DNA of 64,000 nucleotides from the NCBI GenBank assembly GCA_963736115.1, contig CAVTNR010000012.1, positions 64,001 through 128,000 on the forward strand. Reading direction: 5' to 3'. A program made the position numbers and the translations under genes. Positions 60,295 to 64,000 of the stretch are shown here, in pieces (within the stretch, counting starts at the first letter, position 1; every line of letters starts with the position of its first letter). The DNA is from an uncultured bacterium. Lineage in GTDB: Bacteria > Zhuqueibacterota > QNDG01 > DTFT01. Under the pieces are notes generated by a model. That model was not told the origin of the DNA and did no database searches. It was given only the letters and a program-made list of their open reading frames with translations.

Positions 60295-61651
60295 CTCATT
60301 CTCCTTGCCTTAGAGGGAAAAGCGCGCCGTCATGCGCTGGACCTTGTCAAACACCCCGAACGGCGTCATCGCGTAGTCGAACGACGCCCCGTAGCGCCGC
60401 ACGCCCAGGCCGAACGTGAATCCGTCCTCGACGTTGTTCGACACGTAACCGCCGCGCACCAGAAGCGTCTTCAGAAGACCGTATTCCACCCCCACCTTCA
60501 ACTGCTCCGGGTGGTCCCGGTGATGGCTCGCGTCCACGCTCACCAGAAGGCTCTGGTCCAGAGGCAGGTCCTCCACCAGGTCCAGAACGTCCATCGAGAT
60601 CCCCAGGTTGAACACCAGCGGAAGCTGGAATCCCTCCTCCACGTACTCGATCTCCGTCGAAAAGTTCCGAACCGACATGCCGAACACCAGGCTCTTGAAG
60701 CCCGTCTTGAACTGCGTCCCGAAGTCAAACGCCATCGGCGTCAGGCTGTTTTTCACCGTCACCGCCGTCGTATCCAGCGCCGCAGAAACCCGGGGCACCA
60801 CGCTCTCGCCCAGGTCCTGGTGAACCCAGCGGACCTGGCCGCCCACGCTGAAACGGTCCGTCAGACGCTTCGCGTATCCCACGCCCGCCGCCCACGCGCT
60901 CAGCTGGAACTTCCCCGTGTCACGGAATCCGTCCGGAGCGGTCTTGTCCACCACCGTCCCGTAAAAATCCCCGTAGTCCACGTTCTGGAAGCTCACGCCC
61001 AGCACCCCCCACTCCCCCTTCGCCGGGCTCAGCGTCAACGCCACCGCGTTGTGCTTGATGTCCGCGATCCACGTGTTCTGGCTCGCGCTCACGTCCACGA
61101 ACACGCCCTGGTTCGCCATGCCCGCGGGGTTGAAGAACAATGACGAAGACCCCGCCTCCAGGCTCGTCAGCGCCTCGGCCATAGCCGCGCCGCGCGCGTC
61201 CGACACCACGCTCAAAAACTGAAATCCCGTCTGCGCCAGCTTCTTGTTCCCCGCCTCCGCTCCGGACCCGAAACCAAGCACGCCCAGGCAGAGAACGCAG
61301 ATTCCGATTTGATTGCTCTTGTTCATCTCTCGTCTCCTTGCCTTAGCGTATGACCACGAACTTCCGGATCACCGATTCCCCTTTACTGAACCCCGCCCCG
61401 TCCTCCGTCACCTCCACGTACAGCAGGTAGATGCCGCTCACGATGATCTGGCGCGACGATGTCATCGAATCCCACAGCTCGTCGCCCGCGCCGTTCGTGT
61501 GCTCTTTTGACCAGACCAGGTCGCCCCGCTCCGTGTACACCCGCACCTTGCACCGCGGCGGCAGGCCGTAGAACGCGATGCGGTCGTACTGCGACTCGTC
61601 CCCGAACTGGAACATCCGCGACCGCAGGTCGTAGGGGTTCGGCACCACGCG
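60214..61651. repeat. 1,438-bp direct repeat, copy 2
   Basis: Matches 51706-53143. Confidence 0.92.
60310..61326 (-). CDS. PorV/PorQ-family outer-membrane beta-barrel (module 2)
   Basis: 338-aa translation identical to 51802-52818. Confidence 0.85.
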   Translation of the reverse strand: MNKSNQIGICVLCLGVLGFGSGAEAGNKKLAQTGFQFLSVVSDARGAAMAEALTSLEAGSSSLFFNPAGMANQGVFVDVSASQNTWIADIKHNAVALTLSPAKGEWGVLGVSFQNVDYGDFYGTVVDKTAPDGFRDTGKFQLSAWAAGVGYAKRLTDRFSVGGQVRWVHQDLGESVVPRVSAALDTTAVTVKNSLTPMAFDFGTQFKTGFKSLVFGMSVRNFSTEIEYVEEGFQLPLVFNLGISMDVLDLVEDLPLDQSLLVSVDASHHRDHPEQLKVGVEYGLLKTLLVRGGYVSNNVEDGFTFGLGVRRYGASFDYAMTPFGVFDKVQRMTARFSL

Positions 61652-63541
61652 CACGCCTTCGAGGCTGGTGCCCGCCGGTCTTCGGAGGTTCGCGGGCACA
61701 TTCGTGAGGGTCCAGAACAGGCCGCTCAGCAGCGGCTGGCCGGGCTGCACGTCGTTCTGGGTTCCGTCGTCCTTTGACTGAACGGCGTAGAAGTAGTCGA
61801 ATCCGCGGACCGCGGTCGTATCATCCCAGGTATGAACCGCGTCGCCGGCTCCGCACTCGAACACCTTCTCGTACACGGCCTTCGGATCCATCACGTTTCC
61901 CTGGGACCGGATCACGACGTATCCGCCGAAATGGGGATCGGCCGCGGCATTGCCGTTCCACGACAGCCGGATGCGGTCGCCGCCCGACTCCACCTTGAAC
62001 CACGACGGCGGGGGCGGCGGCTGGGGAATCGCGTACCCGGACAGGAAGGCCGTCCGGGCGCGCTGGAAGGTCTGCAGGAGGGAATCGCGGCCCGTCTGCA
62101 CCCAGGCGCGCTTGTACGCGGTGTGGTCGGTAGTCGACGCGCCGTCGGGCATGACGAGCGCCGGCGCCCCCGTTCCCTTGTAGACCTGCAGCCAGTTGCC
62201 GCCGACCTCGCGGTTCTTCTCGCGGCTCAGACCCGCGACCCCCTGGACCAGAACGACGCGGATGCTGTCCCCGTCGTTCAGGTCGTACGGACCGAAGCCC
62301 TGGGTGTTGGCGTACCCGCCGACGCCGCTGCCCCATTCGTTGGCCGGCGTTCCGGATTCTTCGATGTCCTGCGCCTGCGTCTTCTCGGCGTGCCCCTTGA
62401 TCATGAAGGCATAGCGCTTGGCCATGAACGTCTCGTCGTAAATGGACTGGGAAGTCGTGCGCTGGGAGATGTCCTCGTCGCTGTTGACATAATGAGTGGT
62501 CCGGGGCTGGGTCGGGTCGTCCGCCGGATTGCCGGGCGCCGTGTCGACGTGCAGGGCCGCCTGGCCGACGTACCGGGCCGCGGCCATGATGCCGGTGCCC
62601 TGTTCGTCCGGACAGCCCCAGTCATCCTCGAGGGACACGGGCCTCTCCGAATGCGGGCCGTACCAGGCGATATTGGCGCGCATGCGGTACGCCAGGGAAT
62701 TCGGATCATTGAACGCATCGGCTTCGGGGTTCGTGCCGATCACGTCATTCACCAGGTTGCGTCCGTAGCTCGAGTTCCCCACGCCCCAGGTCCGGTCGGT
62801 CGAATTCTCCGGAACGGATTCGCCGGCCAGGGCGTAGCGGTTGAGCAGCATGAACCAGAATCCCTTCACCGGCTGTTTGACCACCGTTCCGGCGCCGTCG
62901 ATGACGCCGGTGTTCTTCAGGGTGTAGTCGTATATGTAGTAATTGTCGTTGTACTGCTGGGTGTAGACGTAGACCTTCTTCGTGACCGTCACGCCGACCG
63001 GCGTGTGGTTCTTCACGACCAGCATCCGGTCCGCATTCAGGTCCGGGTCGATCTCGTCCAGCACGTCGTACAGGTTGTTGTGGTTGGCGAGCTGGTCGTC
63101 GACGGACACGACGGGGTGGTCGAAGCGGCCCACCAGCCGGAAGTCGACGGCATTTGGGATCGGCCGGCCCGCGGGATATTCGTTCGGCTTCATCCCGATG
63201 TTCGTGACGGCGTAGGCGAACACCTTGTCGACGGGCGCCTCGTAGTAGTCTGCACATCCCAGCCACATGCCGCGCGCGCGCAGGGTCGCCTGCACCAGGC
63301 CGTACTGCGCGGGCCAGGAGAAACGGTTGTTGTACTGGTTGTCGCCGCCGGTCTCCGGCTCGCATCCGTGCTCGGAGAAATAGCCGTGCAGCGCGTTGAC
63401 GCGCAGCCATTTCATCTGCTGGGACCAGCCGATATACTGGCCGCCCTGTCCGAGCAGGGGGCGGAACGGCAGGAGCAGGGCCGCCGCGGTCAGGGCGGGG
63501 ATTATCCGGTGGATGTTCATGTTCTTCATGATCGGCCTCAC
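61343..63541 (-). CDS. Secreted protein with a T9SS-type C-terminal domain (module 2)
   Basis: Paralogue of 52835-54988 (FSWPAQYG, DWGCP, QGFGPY). Last ~100 aa identical. Confidence 0.8.
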   Translation of the reverse strand: MRPIMKNMNIHRIIPALTAAALLLPFRPLLGQGGQYIGWSQQMKWLRVNALHGYFSEHGCEPETGGDNQYNNRFSWPAQYGLVQATLRARGMWLGCADYYEAPVDKVFAYAVTNIGMKPNEYPAGRPIPNAVDFRLVGRFDHPVVSVDDQLANHNNLYDVLDEIDPDLNADRMLVVKNHTPVGVTVTKKVYVYTQQYNDNYYIYDYTLKNTGVIDGAGTVVKQPVKGFWFMLLNRYALAGESVPENSTDRTWGVGNSSYGRNLVNDVIGTNPEADAFNDPNSLAYRMRANIAWYGPHSERPVSLEDDWGCPDEQGTGIMAAARYVGQAALHVDTAPGNPADDPTQPRTTHYVNSDEDISQRTTSQSIYDETFMAKRYAFMIKGHAEKTQAQDIEESGTPANEWGSGVGGYANTQGFGPYDLNDGDSIRVVLVQGVAGLSREKNREVGGNWLQVYKGTGAPALVMPDGASTTDHTAYKRAWVQTGRDSLLQTFQRARTAFLSGYAIPQPPPPPSWFKVESGGDRIRLSWNGNAAADPHFGGYVVIRSQGNVMDPKAVYEKVFECGAGDAVHTWDDTTAVRGFDYFYAVQSKDDGTQNDVQPGQPLLSGLFWTLTNVPANLRRPAGTSLEGVRVVPNPYDLRSRMFQFGDESQYDRIAFYGLPPRCKVRVYTERGDLVWSKEHTNGAGDELWDSMTSSRQIIVSGIYLLYVEVTEDGAGFSKGESVIRKFVVIR

Positions 63542-63554
63542 GGTCGTTTGGGGA

Positions 63555-64000
63555 TTATCGCAGGTCCAGGGTCATCCGCACGCCGAAAAAGACCTGTCGC
63601 GGATTCAGGAACGTGAACGACGTCACGGCCGGCATGTCGATGTAGGCCTTGTCGTCCAGTATCCGGTTCAGGCGGCTCTGGCCGACATCGGCCCATGCGC
63701 CACCGGCGTACTCGACGGTCCGCCCGGTGCTCCGGTCGTAATAGATGACCCCGGGATCTCCCGTGTCGGAGGCGTAGTTGATCGTTCCGCGTCCGAACAT
63801 CGGCTGGTACGCCACGCCCCGTCTCCGGTATTCCCCGATACGGTCGTTGCCCGGAATGTTGTCATAGGCCTTGCTCTTCGGCAGGTGCAGGCTGTTGTAG
63901 TACAGGTCTCGGTCGCTCGCCTTGCCCCCGAAGTTCGCGAGCGACATGCGCTTCAGGTTGAACAGGTTCTCGACGTCCGCGAAGGCTTCCATGCGCACGC
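63555..64000 (-). CDS. TonB-dependent receptor, C-terminal part (module 2), truncated by the window edge
   Basis: SLHLPKSKAYDNIPGNDRIGEYR and DKAYIDMP...FLNPR match the module 1 receptor C-terminus. Confidence 0.88.
   Translation of the reverse strand, partial: VRMEAFADVENLFNLKRMSLANFGGKASDRDLYYNSLHLPKSKAYDNIPGNDRIGEYRRRGVAYQPMFGRGTINYASDTGDPGVIYYDRSTGRTVEYAGGAWADVGQSRLNRILDDKAYIDMPAVTSFTFLNPRQVFFGVRMTLDLR

Noticed and set aside
51706-61651. Diversity-generating retroelement (TR/VR) or IS pair forming a composite transposon
   Set aside because: The copies show no adenine-specific mismatches, no reverse transcriptase or transposase is present, there are no terminal inverted repeats, and the repeat encodes PorV.

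Overview
GC-rich bacterial chromosome segment. T9SS-like C-terminal domains, PorV-like genes, TonB receptors and a C25 peptidase point to the FCB superphylum, probably a KSB1/Calditrichota-like lineage (inference). From left to right: (1) a minus-strand sugar-redox operon (Tat Gfo/Idh/MocA, DoxX, discoidin-like protein, GT-C, ApbE, Zn-ADH, FGGY kinase); (2) an SSS symporter and a USP-uxaC-uxaE hexuronate block; (3) housekeeping genes rho-rpmE-DUF1385-prfA-glgC-carA-carB, where rho and rpmE are broken by indels that look like sequencing error; (4) an accessory zone of small minus-strand genes; (5) an AT-rich integron gene-cassette array at about 44.5-49.65 kb, with six attC sites, an attI-like core and no integrase. 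A small uncharacterised gene with its own promoter sits where intI would be, and the cassettes decay with distance from attI; (6) two tandem four-gene modules (TonB receptor, secreted protein, PorV-like protein, IPT lipoprotein). These are divergent except for an apparently identical 1,438-bp block that covers exactly the sorting domain, PorV and the lipoprotein signal peptide. The main candidates for undescribed biology are (5) and (6).
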